Assembly: GCA_035440865.1 (NCBI GenBank)
Contig: DAORNH010000002.1
Location: 1 to 54,537, forward strand
Source of the DNA: Hyphomicrobiaceae bacterium
GTDB taxonomy: Bacteria > Pseudomonadota > Alphaproteobacteria > Rhizobiales > Hyphomicrobiaceae
Length of the DNA stretch: 54,537 bases
Direction: 5' to 3'
The notes under the pieces: generated by a model
What the model saw: the letters and a program-made list of their open reading frames with translations, nothing else
Database searches by the model: none
Told to the model about the DNA's origin: nothing
Position numbers and translations under genes: made by a program
Part shown: piece after piece, positions 20,501-28,015 of the stretch
Layout of the letters: each line of letters begins with the position of its first letter
Numbering within the stretch: position 1 is the first letter of the stretch

Positions 20501-22259
20501 TCTGCAGCGCCTTGATGATCGAGAGGCCGAGCGCCAGCGAAAGCCCGCCATCGGCAAGAGCATATAGAGTGGAATCCTCCGGGAGCGGCCGGAAGAAATG
20601 CTCTGCTGTGACGGCGAGAAGGTCGGCGCTCAGGGCGTGTCCGCCTTTGCCGTCGGCGCGGTCGAAGATCAACCGGTCTTCGCGCTGTTGCTGCTTCACT
20701 CGGTCGATTATGTCCTGGGCGTGTTGCGCCAGCCGCTTTGAGAATTGATCCGGCGGCTCCGCAGCGTTCCCGTCGTGCGCGCCGACGCGGATATGCTCGA
20801 AGAGCAGTCTTTCCACGCTCAGCTCGTCGAAGTTCTTAACCTCGACCTTGTCCAGCAGGTCGAAAGCGATCCCCAGAATGCGTGGGTTGCGGAGCCGCGT
20901 GAGCACCGCCGGTTTAATCTTGCTCGCGTCGATGCCTTTGGCCACGAGAATCTCTTTCAGTTCCCGCTCCGTCCATTCCGGTACGCGTACGGTGGCGATC
21001 TTGGAATGCACCGCAGAGCGTATGCGCTCGTCAAAATAGCTCTCGCGCGAAGTTATGGTGAGAGTACCGCCTAGCTGCTCAACGACCATGGCGGCGTCAT
21101 CAAGCCATCGCGGCCAGTCAAATCCAGGCTGCTGGTTGAGACCGTCGACACACAAGATGAAGCGGGGCGATGCCTCGTTTGCCTGCTCCTTCCATCGCGC
21201 GAGCCGCCTTTCCCAGCGTTTGCGGGGGATTTCCGTGTCGCTGTCGTCAGTCTGCTGGATCAGCTTCGAGGTCAGAAAGGGCGTGAGGCTCCCGTACGCC
21301 GCAACCGGCTTGAGGTCGGTCGCCGGGATCACGACCAGCAGCGGGCGGACGCCAAGTTCAAGCCAGCTCTGCGCAAGCAGCCATGATTTTCCGCTTCCTT
21401 CTCCTCCGACGAGCGCCACGATCTTGCGCGAGGGGGCCGCCGACAGATGCTGATGAACTTGCTCCACGATGGCGGAACGTTGCCGAAGCGAGAGCGCTCC
21501 TTCCGCGTTCGGTGCGAGAACCTGGCCGAAGGCTGCCTTGGCGCGCCGCCGATCCGCGAAAACAGCCTCAAGCCACTTTGCATTGGCGCTCCTCGCATTG
21601 GCCTGTCCAAGCGAGGATTCCTGAAGCTTCTGGACAAGAGCATCAGCGCTTGCGCGAAACGTTTCCGCTCTCTGGATTGCGGCGAGCGCCGCTTCCGCCC
21701 TCTCAACGCATTCAACTTCATTGAGGTGTTTCCTAAGAAACACGGAGGTTTCTTCGCTCGCGAGAGCGCAAGCGGCGGCCAGCGGCGGAATGGCGGAAGC
21801 GCTTGGCCAGTCCAGCACAAGTATGCCAATGCCGTTCTTGGCGGCGGCGGTATGCATTGGGTCGAGCAATTGCGTGCTTGCCTCGACCGTGGCGCCGAAA
21901 ACCCACACGTCAGGCGGCGCGCCGCTGCCGATCAACCGCGTAATCTTTGTCAGAACCTCGTTATCGTTGATCTTTTTATTGTAAAGCTTGCCCTCAAAGG
22001 AGATGTGATTGCTCGCAGTAGAGGATGTCGCGCCGTCTTTCCCATTCTGCAGGCCGGATTTGGCCAAACGAAAATCCTGCCCGGACGCTTTACTCAAAAC
22101 GCACGCGAGAAGGCCCTCAAAACCCGCTGGTCCCGCAGGTTCAAGGCTGAGCAACGCATCGCGCAGGTGGCCCACGTGCTTCGAAAGAAGATGGTTGCGG
22201 GCTTCCGTCCCCTTTGCTGAACCGTCCGTGTCAGGAGCGTCGCTCTTGTTGCTGGTCAT
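17571..22259 (-). CDS. Giant defence-type protein with an N-terminal PD-(D/E)xK (Mrr-like) nuclease, a P-loop STAND-like NTPase and a ~1100-aa helical C-terminal region (Avs-like architecture)
   Basis: FEGLLACVLSKASGQDF...NGKDG...ISFEGKLY matches the D...ExK pattern. Walker A is VALVGGEGSGKSWLL and Walker B is RFILCVDGLNQ. Start set at the ATG for MTSNKSDAPD. The ORF track extends it to 22415. Confidence 0.7.
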   Translation of the reverse strand: MTSNKSDAPDTDGSAKGTEARNHLLSKHVGHLRDALLSLEPAGPAGFEGLLACVLSKASGQDFRLAKSGLQNGKDGATSSTASNHISFEGKLYNKKINDNEVLTKITRLIGSGAPPDVWVFGATVEASTQLLDPMHTAAAKNGIGILVLDWPSASAIPPLAAACALASEETSVFLRKHLNEVECVERAEAALAAIQRAETFRASADALVQKLQESSLGQANARSANAKWLEAVFADRRRAKAAFGQVLAPNAEGALSLRQRSAIVEQVHQHLSAAPSRKIVALVGGEGSGKSWLLAQSWLELGVRPLLVVIPATDLKPVAAYGSLTPFLTSKLIQQTDDSDTEIPRKRWERRLARWKEQANEASPRFILCVDGLNQQPGFDWPRWLDDAAMVVEQLGGTLTITSRESYFDERIRSAVHSKIATVRVPEWTERELKEILVAKGIDASKIKPAVLTRLRNPRILGIAFDLLDKVEVKNFDELSVERLLFEHIRVGAHDGNAAEPPDQFSKRLAQHAQDIIDRVKQQQREDRLIFDRADGKGGHALSADLLAVTAEHFFRPLPEDSTLYALADGGLSLALGLSIIKALQKAERNGRDVADALDELIEPIAALDKTADAVFSGVMVSSIDEQCSLAIRRALICGFLRLQNVDAQNYPAFVAVARNATDAAMLALFDLSAANSRYAANKDWLSAALRKCRHKPECWAIISKHVSNWLRSYSLDPKIGVMSTPGHDSDDKVAKDTEEEIQALARKMAELSAAERVFLERNMLQCKGYDPSLLHQDAFEMLAGMPLAGFAEQLVACSFSRALNSSFRAPYDEYLALIRYNRRDWQETRKLLLEASDFLAQKDTSQTGQWALVAILRGISTVEDAGRAEQLIEALTKDREKFGGWRLVEKYCATDPCDPASTKPDNLDVTADKYSQVDAEEVARHASMGEEDHFVRDALPGLVRFAPEVAIEAQRKIARSIVARESAELMRGITLLEPHCAALDSETVGKLVEIANTLSSPREPESKDSHDNWIASQYAIQIAFPHLGGDRQLDHLAALPSHGPPLLKLAEVLKPAMPEKLEWSLNQAMQSAEHNRALVALLFARCSGTILTPRSRTLVGQFAENERSSVRAEAMDIIAHLKDRDLIERVIATGWSAALLDPRKNHFEIWYGSLIVINAAEQGMISADEALDRTTPRLCSVAAEVLGAECHAAIAARLTAAAAKAIDIELPFLPPSVEQDMEMAGRPIPPLLSLAEPDEVLGPEAFFKRLSETPEDFEARQRQGWEAYNRFETALTNEKARLILEDVGFEAVDACVSTSPDHCAALVGQLLGLDDRKLMHVQNFALMLARSVSRHDLTLARKLFDRLSGRRAFVSLVSGLSGVSLEAICIWESADGGALDELRAQRLDRAANDHQLAQEVLAALMAGEAAFLEQYARKNLERPEPAANARALMVIGFGMESTTSEALLDRYADAKGLIGNAAKAARFAYDRNRWARHWFEKMCATNSPEEFWAFSILFLKIVDARVGLWKTSVPRSGAAIGWFEPSIHSKLKHRAKAWKAKREKTLCGDKMPSQVYTVLE

Positions 22260-22918
22260 TAGGCATCTCAACCTGAATCTATTGACGGAAGCGGAAGTCT
22301 CACTGGAGTAGACAAACTTCGGCGCGGTATTTCGAGCGTGAGCCGCGCCGCGTGGCCCAACTTGTCGAGGAAACAAATCGATAAAGGAGTTGGCCGACGT
22401 CAATCCATGCAACAATGACCGGGCAACGATTGCGTGGTGAGCAGCGATAAGGCAGTTTGGCAGTTCAAGCTATTGGGTTGATCGGCATGTGGCATGTATG
22501 CGCCAATGGGTCCGCTTTGACCAATCGCGGTTCATTCAATCTCGCGTCACTCGGTCGGCTTTCGGATTGAATAAAAAACTTGTTCCGGCACAAGTAGGAA
22601 AGGGGAACGTGTGCGCCGCCGTGCCAACTTATGCGGAACTATTCGGGGCCACCGATTCCGATTATTGCGGGAAATCGAAAATAGAAATAGGGGCCGGAAG
22701 TGGGGCCAGGCGCGTGAAAAAGCGAAAAACTTAGTCAAATCAATGGTAGATGGCGGAGGGGATGGGTCTGATATCCAACCTTCTCTGGCGCGGCTCTACT
22801 CCGAATTGCACAGGTTCCGCAAGCTGGCTCGTGCGTAGATCCGGCAGTCGTCCCTTCACCGATTGCCCGCGGCAATCCTAATCTCGACTTATTGCGCTGA
22901 CAGGAATAGCTTGACCTT

Positions 22919-23257
22919 ATGAGCAAGCTCGTCCGCATATTCGCGTTCGTCTTTCTCGCAGCCTTCGCTGCGGGCACGGCGGCGAATGCGGCGGCTGCTA
23001 CCCAAATGTCGCTGATGATGTCCATGGCAAATATGGACGACGGCGGTATGGCGGACTGTCAGGACTGTCCCGGCGATGACGCTCAGACGTCGGCATGCGA
23101 CCAGTTCTGCGTGACCACCCTAGCCGCGATCTGCACGCCTGCAGGGACAGTCCTGCCGAATGTCACGGATGTCGTGGTGATCGGTACCGCGGCATCGCCC
23201 GGTGGTCGTGTCGGGCCGCCCGATCCCTATCCTCCCCGAACCATACACATGGGCTGA
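22919..23257 (+). CDS. Small secreted Cys/Met-rich protein, possibly metal-associated
   Basis: Signal peptide MSKLVRIFAFVFLAAFAAGTAANA, then MSLMMSMANMDDGGMADCQDCPGDD..CDQFC. First gene of the copper operon. Confidence 0.4.
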   Translation: MSKLVRIFAFVFLAAFAAGTAANAAAATQMSLMMSMANMDDGGMADCQDCPGDDAQTSACDQFCVTTLAAICTPAGTVLPNVTDVVVIGTAASPGGRVGPPDPYPPRTIHMG

Positions 23258-23350
23258 AGCGGCCGCGGCAAGATCGCTCGCAGCCGACCGTCGACGCGCC
23301 CTGGCTACGCTCCGCGCGTCACATCAGGCTATTCCACGGACGGTTGATCC

Positions 23351-24814
23351 ATGTCCTATCCACGTCTTCCGGCGCTGACGCGTCGAGCCTTCCTCGCATC
23401 AGCCGCCGTTGTCTCGGCGAGCACGATTCTTCGATCGCAAGCCCGCGCGACGAGCGTTCGGGCGTTCCACTTGCGCGCCGGATACGGTCGGGCCCAGATC
23501 GCACCCGAACCCTACGGCCAGACACCCGTCTGGTGCTATGACGGGAGCCTGCCTGGCCCGGAGATCCGCGTCCGTCAGGGAGAACGCCTGCGGATCGCGG
23601 TCGCGAACGCGTTAGACGAGGAAACGACAGTGCATTGGCACGGCGTGCGCGTCCCGAACGCCATGGACGGCGTGCCTCACCTCACTCAGGCGCCGATCGC
23701 GCCCGGCGAAGTATTCGTTTATGAGTTCGACGCAGTCGATGCGGGCACCTTCTGGTATCACCCGCACCATCGCAGCTTTGAGCAGGTCGGACGCGGTCTC
23801 TACGGCCCAATGATCGTGGAGGAAGCCGTTCCGGTCCAAGTCGACCGCGATCTCACGTGGCTGCTGTCCGACTGGCGGCTGACCAGATCGGCGGAGGTGC
23901 GGGATGATTTCGGCAACCGCCACGACATGATGCACAACGGCCGGGTGGGCAACACGGTCACGATCAACGGCCGCGTGCCAGATACCTTTCCTGTGCGCAA
24001 GGGAGAGCGCATTCGCCTGCGCCTGATCAACGCCGCCAACGCACGGATCTTCGGTCTCGATTTCGGGAGCCATGAGCCCGTCGTCATTGCGCTCGACGGA
24101 CAGCCGGTCGAGCCGCATGCGCCGGAAGGTCGGCTGGTGGTCCTCGGACCCGCCATGCGCGCTGACGTCATCCTCGACATGACCGCTGATGCAGGAAGCC
24201 AGGTTTCCGTGGTGGATCGTTTCTACGAGGGGCTGGAGTACCGTCTGGTTGATCTTGCCTACGAGAAGCAGCCGCTGAGGGACACGGCACCAGACTGGCC
24301 GCTCGCCCTCCCGCCAAACCCGCTGCCGGAGCCAGAGCTCGCGACGGCCGCCCGTCACGAGGTCACCTTCAACGGCGGCATGATGGGAGCCATGGTCATG
24401 CAGGAGATGGGCGGCAGCATGGGAGAGGCCGCGCCGGGAGGCATGATGGGCGGGATGGGCTCGATGATGAACATGATGCATTCCGGCGGCATCTGGTTCG
24501 TCAACGGCGTGGCGGCGGAAGGTCACATCATGGACCCGATACTGACGCTGGCGCGGGATAAAAGCCATGTCATCGCGATGACGAACGCGACGGCCTGGCA
24601 TCACCCGATCCACCTGCACGGCCATTCCTTCCGGGTGATCTCCCGGAACGGCAAGCCGACCCGCCACCGCGAATGGCAGGACACGGTGCTCATGTCACCT
24701 CGAGAGCGCGTCGAGATCGCTTTCGTCGCCGACAATGTGGGCGACTGGATGCTCCACTGCCACGTTCTCGAACATCAGGCCGCAGGAATGATGGGTGTCT
24801 TCCGCGTCGCCTGA
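23351..24814 (+). CDS. Multicopper oxidase (CopA/PcoA-type) with a Tat signal and a Met-rich insert
   Basis: Twin-arginine leader LTRRAFLASAAV. Copper ligand motifs HWHG, WYHPH, HPIHLHGH and HCHVLEHQAAGMM. Met-rich loop MMGAMVMQEMGGSMGEAAPGGMMGGMGSMMNMMH. Confidence 0.92.
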   Translation: MSYPRLPALTRRAFLASAAVVSASTILRSQARATSVRAFHLRAGYGRAQIAPEPYGQTPVWCYDGSLPGPEIRVRQGERLRIAVANALDEETTVHWHGVRVPNAMDGVPHLTQAPIAPGEVFVYEFDAVDAGTFWYHPHHRSFEQVGRGLYGPMIVEEAVPVQVDRDLTWLLSDWRLTRSAEVRDDFGNRHDMMHNGRVGNTVTINGRVPDTFPVRKGERIRLRLINAANARIFGLDFGSHEPVVIALDGQPVEPHAPEGRLVVLGPAMRADVILDMTADAGSQVSVVDRFYEGLEYRLVDLAYEKQPLRDTAPDWPLALPPNPLPEPELATAARHEVTFNGGMMGAMVMQEMGGSMGEAAPGGMMGGMGSMMNMMHSGGIWFVNGVAAEGHIMDPILTLARDKSHVIAMTNATAWHHPIHLHGHSFRVISRNGKPTRHREWQDTVLMSPRERVEIAFVADNVGDWMLHCHVLEHQAAGMMGVFRVA

Positions 24815-24840
24815 CCAATTATCTCGAAAGGAGAACCGAA

Positions 24841-25281
24841 ATGCGAACAATACTGAGCGCCGTCGCTCTTGCCTCCTTCGTCTGGGGCACTGCCCCGGCA
24901 TTGGCTGGTGAGAAGGATGTCACCCTTTACAAGAACCCGCAGTGTGGCTGCTGCGAGGGCTATGCCGACTACCTGCGGGACAACGGCTTCACCGTCACCA
25001 CCAAGCCCACGCACGATCTGGCCGAAATGAGCCGGCAGGCGGGCATCCCCGACGAGTTCCAAGGCTGTCACCTTTCATTCATCGATGGCTACGTCGTCAG
25101 CGGCCACGTCCCCATAGACACGGTCGAGAAACTCCTGACCGAGCGGCCCGACATCGCCGGCGTGACGCTACCCGGCATGCCGCTGGGCTCGCCCGGCATG
25201 AGCGGCGTGAAGGAGGCACCCTTCGAGATGCTGGAGATCACAACGTCCGGCACTATCGGCGGAGTCTACGCGCGCGAATAG
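24841..25281 (+). CDS. DUF411/CopG-like periplasmic metal-binding protein
   Basis: Signal peptide, then the CGCC motif (NPQCGCCEGY) and ...GCHLSFIDGYVVSGHVP, typical of DUF411. Confidence 0.75.
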   Translation: MRTILSAVALASFVWGTAPALAGEKDVTLYKNPQCGCCEGYADYLRDNGFTVTTKPTHDLAEMSRQAGIPDEFQGCHLSFIDGYVVSGHVPIDTVEKLLTERPDIAGVTLPGMPLGSPGMSGVKEAPFEMLEITTSGTIGGVYARE

Positions 25282-25312
25282 CAGGCCTGACAATCTTGAC
25301 CGGACGAACCCG

Positions 25313-25450
25313 ATGATGGACGGCGGAATGATGGACGGCATGAGCGGCATGATGCTGGGTATGGGCCTTGGATGGCTCCTGCTCATCGTCATACTCGTTC
25401 TCTCAGCCGCGGCGCTGGTGAAGTACCTCTTCTTCAGCGGCAGGAAATGA
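25313..25450 (+). CDS. 45-aa Met-rich single-pass membrane micro-protein (below the ORF-track cutoff)
   Basis: Reads MMDGGMMDGMSGMMLGMGLGWLLLIVILVLSAAALVKYLFFSGRK. Its stop overlaps the cytochrome c start (ATGA). Confidence 0.5.
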   Translation: MMDGGMMDGMSGMMLGMGLGWLLLIVILVLSAAALVKYLFFSGRK

Positions 25451-25902
25451 GAAGTACCCCGATCCTGGCGGTGATGGCCATGCTTGCGGGAGCCGCTGTG
25501 ATGGCGTGGGTCTGGCTGTTCGGAGCGGGCTCGGGCGAGGCCGCGGGGATTGCGCAGGGACGGCAACTCTATGCCGAACACTGTGCGGTCTGCCATGGCG
25601 CCAACTTGGAAGGTCAATCGGACTGGAAGAGGCCGCTTCCTTCGGGGCGCATGCCCGCCCCGCCTCACGACGCCTCCGGGCACACCTGGCATCATCCCGA
25701 TGGGGTCCTCTTCCGGATCACCAAGGAGGGTCCCGCAGCCGTGGTTGGAGACGGATACGAAAGCGACATGCCGGGATTCGGGAACATGATGAGTGACGAG
25801 GAGATCCGTGCCGTCCTGGCCTTCGTCAAGAGCACCTGGCCGGAGCGGGAGCGCGCTTATCAGACGGAGATGAGCCGGCGCGAGAAGGACGAGGCGCGTT
25901 GA
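25447..25902 (+). CDS. Membrane-anchored or periplasmic c-type cytochrome
   Basis: Haem motif CAVCHG after an N-terminal hydrophobic segment. DMPGFG (Met ligand region). Confidence 0.8.
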   Translation: MRSTPILAVMAMLAGAAVMAWVWLFGAGSGEAAGIAQGRQLYAEHCAVCHGANLEGQSDWKRPLPSGRMPAPPHDASGHTWHHPDGVLFRITKEGPAAVVGDGYESDMPGFGNMMSDEEIRAVLAFVKSTWPERERAYQTEMSRREKDEAR

Positions 25903-26134
25903 AGGTAATGCCTGTCGACGCTTGCGTCGGCGTCTTGGCGGCCGTTTTGCTGCCGGCCATCGCGTTGCACGAGCCCACCAGAGCCCGACGTCGCCGAGGA
26001 CAGAGCCGCGCGATCGCTAGAGGACTGGCGCGGCAAGCTCGTGTTTTGCTCAAGGTCTGGAGTGATCTGGTGCGCGACTTGCAGCGCGAGAATGCCAACG
26101 CTGGGGCGAACTGCCTCTCGACAATCCGATACGG

Positions 26135-26728
26135 TCAGATCCAGCGTCGCACCTCCCTTCTGTACGTCTGATATTCGGCACCGAGGTCGCCCTCCAGGAC
26201 CCGTTCCTCGATCCGGACCTGACGGTGCACAGCCGCAAGCAGCAGGAAGCTCAGGGTGAATTGGATGAGGTTAGGCAGCGCGAGAGCCAACCCGAGGAAC
26301 AGCATCACCTGACCGACGAACACAGGGTTGCGCGAGAAGGCGAACGGTCCTGTTCGTACGATGGTGCCGAGCTGCCCCGACGCTGCCCCGATCCTCCAGG
26401 ATCGGCCCATATGGATCTGAGAATAGAGCGCGAGGCCTGCTCCGGCCGAGGCGAGGGCGGCTCCGACCAGATCGCCGAAGCGGCCGTCGAGTGCGTTGTG
26501 TACCGGGGCGGCCAGTGGGTCGCCTAACACCAGCGCCGTCAGCGCGTAGAAAGCGACGCCGACGAAGGAGAGTCGGAACAGGAGCGCTGGGAGCGCCTGG
26601 CTCTCCGATCCCTTGCCGAACAGCCAAAATGATTGGCCCGACGCCCGTGCCGCACGGGCCGTCAGAATTAGGAATAGCGCCATATAGACCAGCACTATTG
26701 CAGAGCAGACGGTCTCGATCGGTGACAT
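26135..26728 (-). CDS. Isoprenylcysteine carboxyl methyltransferase (ICMT/PEMT) family membrane protein (CzcN-like class)
   Basis: Multi-TM protein with RTGPFAFSRNPVFVG and EERVLEGDLGAEYQTYRREVRRWI. Confidence 0.7.
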   Translation of the reverse strand: MSPIETVCSAIVLVYMALFLILTARAARASGQSFWLFGKGSESQALPALLFRLSFVGVAFYALTALVLGDPLAAPVHNALDGRFGDLVGAALASAGAGLALYSQIHMGRSWRIGAASGQLGTIVRTGPFAFSRNPVFVGQVMLFLGLALALPNLIQFTLSFLLLAAVHRQVRIEERVLEGDLGAEYQTYRREVRRWI

Positions 26729-26888
26729 GTTGGTCTTCAGGCCAGCCGATCAGGGATAGCTCGGGTAAATTTCGGTCGATCCGTCGCGGCGCACCAGAAG
26801 CACGTCATAGGATCGGCATCCATCATGAGCGAGGCGGCAACGGCGAGTCCGGTTGTGCGAACAAAGGACACGGCATCTTCTCCTTTGT

Positions 26889-27515
26889 TCATGCGGCCGT
26901 GTCCGCCAAGCGGCGGAGCTTCCGAAGCTGGGTTTCTCTCGGCTCGTGCAAATCGAGCGTGCCCATGAACTCGCCCTCGGCATCCATCAGGTAGACGCCA
27001 GCGGTGTGGTCCATCGTGTAGTTGCCGCCTTCCAGCGGCACTTTCTCGTAATACGCGGCGAACGCCTTCGCGGCCTGATCCGTCTGTTCCTTCGTGCCGC
27101 GCAGGGCGAGAATGCGGGTGTCGAACGAGGTCATGTAGCTTGCCAGCAGTTCCTGCGTATCGCGCTCGGGATCGACGGTGATGAACAGCGGCTTGATCTT
27201 GTCGGCATCCGGCCCGAGGTCCGCCAGCAGGCCGCTCAGCTCGAAGAGCGTCGTCGGGCAAATGTCGGGGCAATGCGTGAAGCCGAAGAAGACGAGATAG
27301 GGCTTTCCCTCCAGGTCCTCGTCGGTCAGCGTCTCGCCCCCATGCGTTGTCAGCTCGAACGGACCGCCGATCGCGGCAACGCCCGTGACCGTGCTCGAAG
27401 TGAGCGCTCCAGGCTTCTCGACGCCCGGCAGGATGCCACTGAAGGCCAACAGCACACCCCCGACGATCGCCACCGCGCCCCAGGCCGTGATGCGGATGAT
27501 CTTCAACGCTTTCAT
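26889..27515 (-). CDS. SCO1/SenC family copper chaperone / thiol-disulfide oxidoreductase
   Basis: FGFTHCPDICP (CxxxC) and the downstream YTMDHTAGVYL His. N-terminal membrane anchor. ATGA overlap with the upstream gene. Confidence 0.88.
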   Translation of the reverse strand: MKALKIIRITAWGAVAIVGGVLLAFSGILPGVEKPGALTSSTVTGVAAIGGPFELTTHGGETLTDEDLEGKPYLVFFGFTHCPDICPTTLFELSGLLADLGPDADKIKPLFITVDPERDTQELLASYMTSFDTRILALRGTKEQTDQAAKAFAAYYEKVPLEGGNYTMDHTAGVYLMDAEGEFMGTLDLHEPRETQLRKLRRLADTAA

Positions 27516-28015
27516 TGTGATACGGGCGCTCCGTGGCCTTCGTGGTTCTGAGGCGCTTCCGGCGTTGCGCCCATCGGCACAATCGCGAACTCCACCGCGA
27601 CATCGCCGGCCTTCTCGAAGGTAAGCGTTGCCGGAAAGCGCTCGCCGTCCTTCAGCGGCTTTGCCGGATCGACGAACATGATGTGGGCGGCGCCGGGCTC
27701 CAGCCTGAGGGTTTCGCCGGGCGCGATTGCAATTCCGTCTTCGGCGGGACGCATCCGCGCCACGCCGTCAGTTATTGTCGACTCGTGAATCTCCACGGCC
27801 TCGGCGGCATCCGAGGAGCCGCCGAGAAGGCGGTCGGGCTCGGTGCCGGTGTTGGTAATGGTGAGATAGCCGCCAGCGACTGGTGCTCCGGGCGGCGTCG
27901 CCCGCGCCCAGGGATGGTCAATCGCGAGTGGCCCGGCCTCGTAGTCATGAGCAAGCACACCCTGCGTTGCCGCGCTCAGTACCAGGCCGAGCGCGAGGGT
28001 CTTCACCAGTTTCAT
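27512..28015 (-). CDS. PCuAC (DUF461) periplasmic copper chaperone
   Basis: Signal peptide, IDHPWARATPPGAPVAGGYLTITNTG...AVEIHES...HIMF. ATGA overlap with the ATPase stop. Confidence 0.85.
   Translation of the reverse strand: MKLVKTLALGLVLSAATQGVLAHDYEAGPLAIDHPWARATPPGAPVAGGYLTITNTGTEPDRLLGGSSDAAEAVEIHESTITDGVARMRPAEDGIAIAPGETLRLEPGAAHIMFVDPAKPLKDGERFPATLTFEKAGDVAVEFAIVPMGATPEAPQNHEGHGAPVSQ

Noticed and set aside
22745-22815. tRNA-like string in the non-coding gap (reverse complement GCGGAAC...AGTAGAGC...CCTCCGCCA), sharing ATGGCGGAG with the 5455 region
   Set aside because: The acceptor stem has two mismatches, there is no TTC T-loop, and the D and anticodon arms do not fold. A shared 9-mer in 54 kb is compatible with chance.
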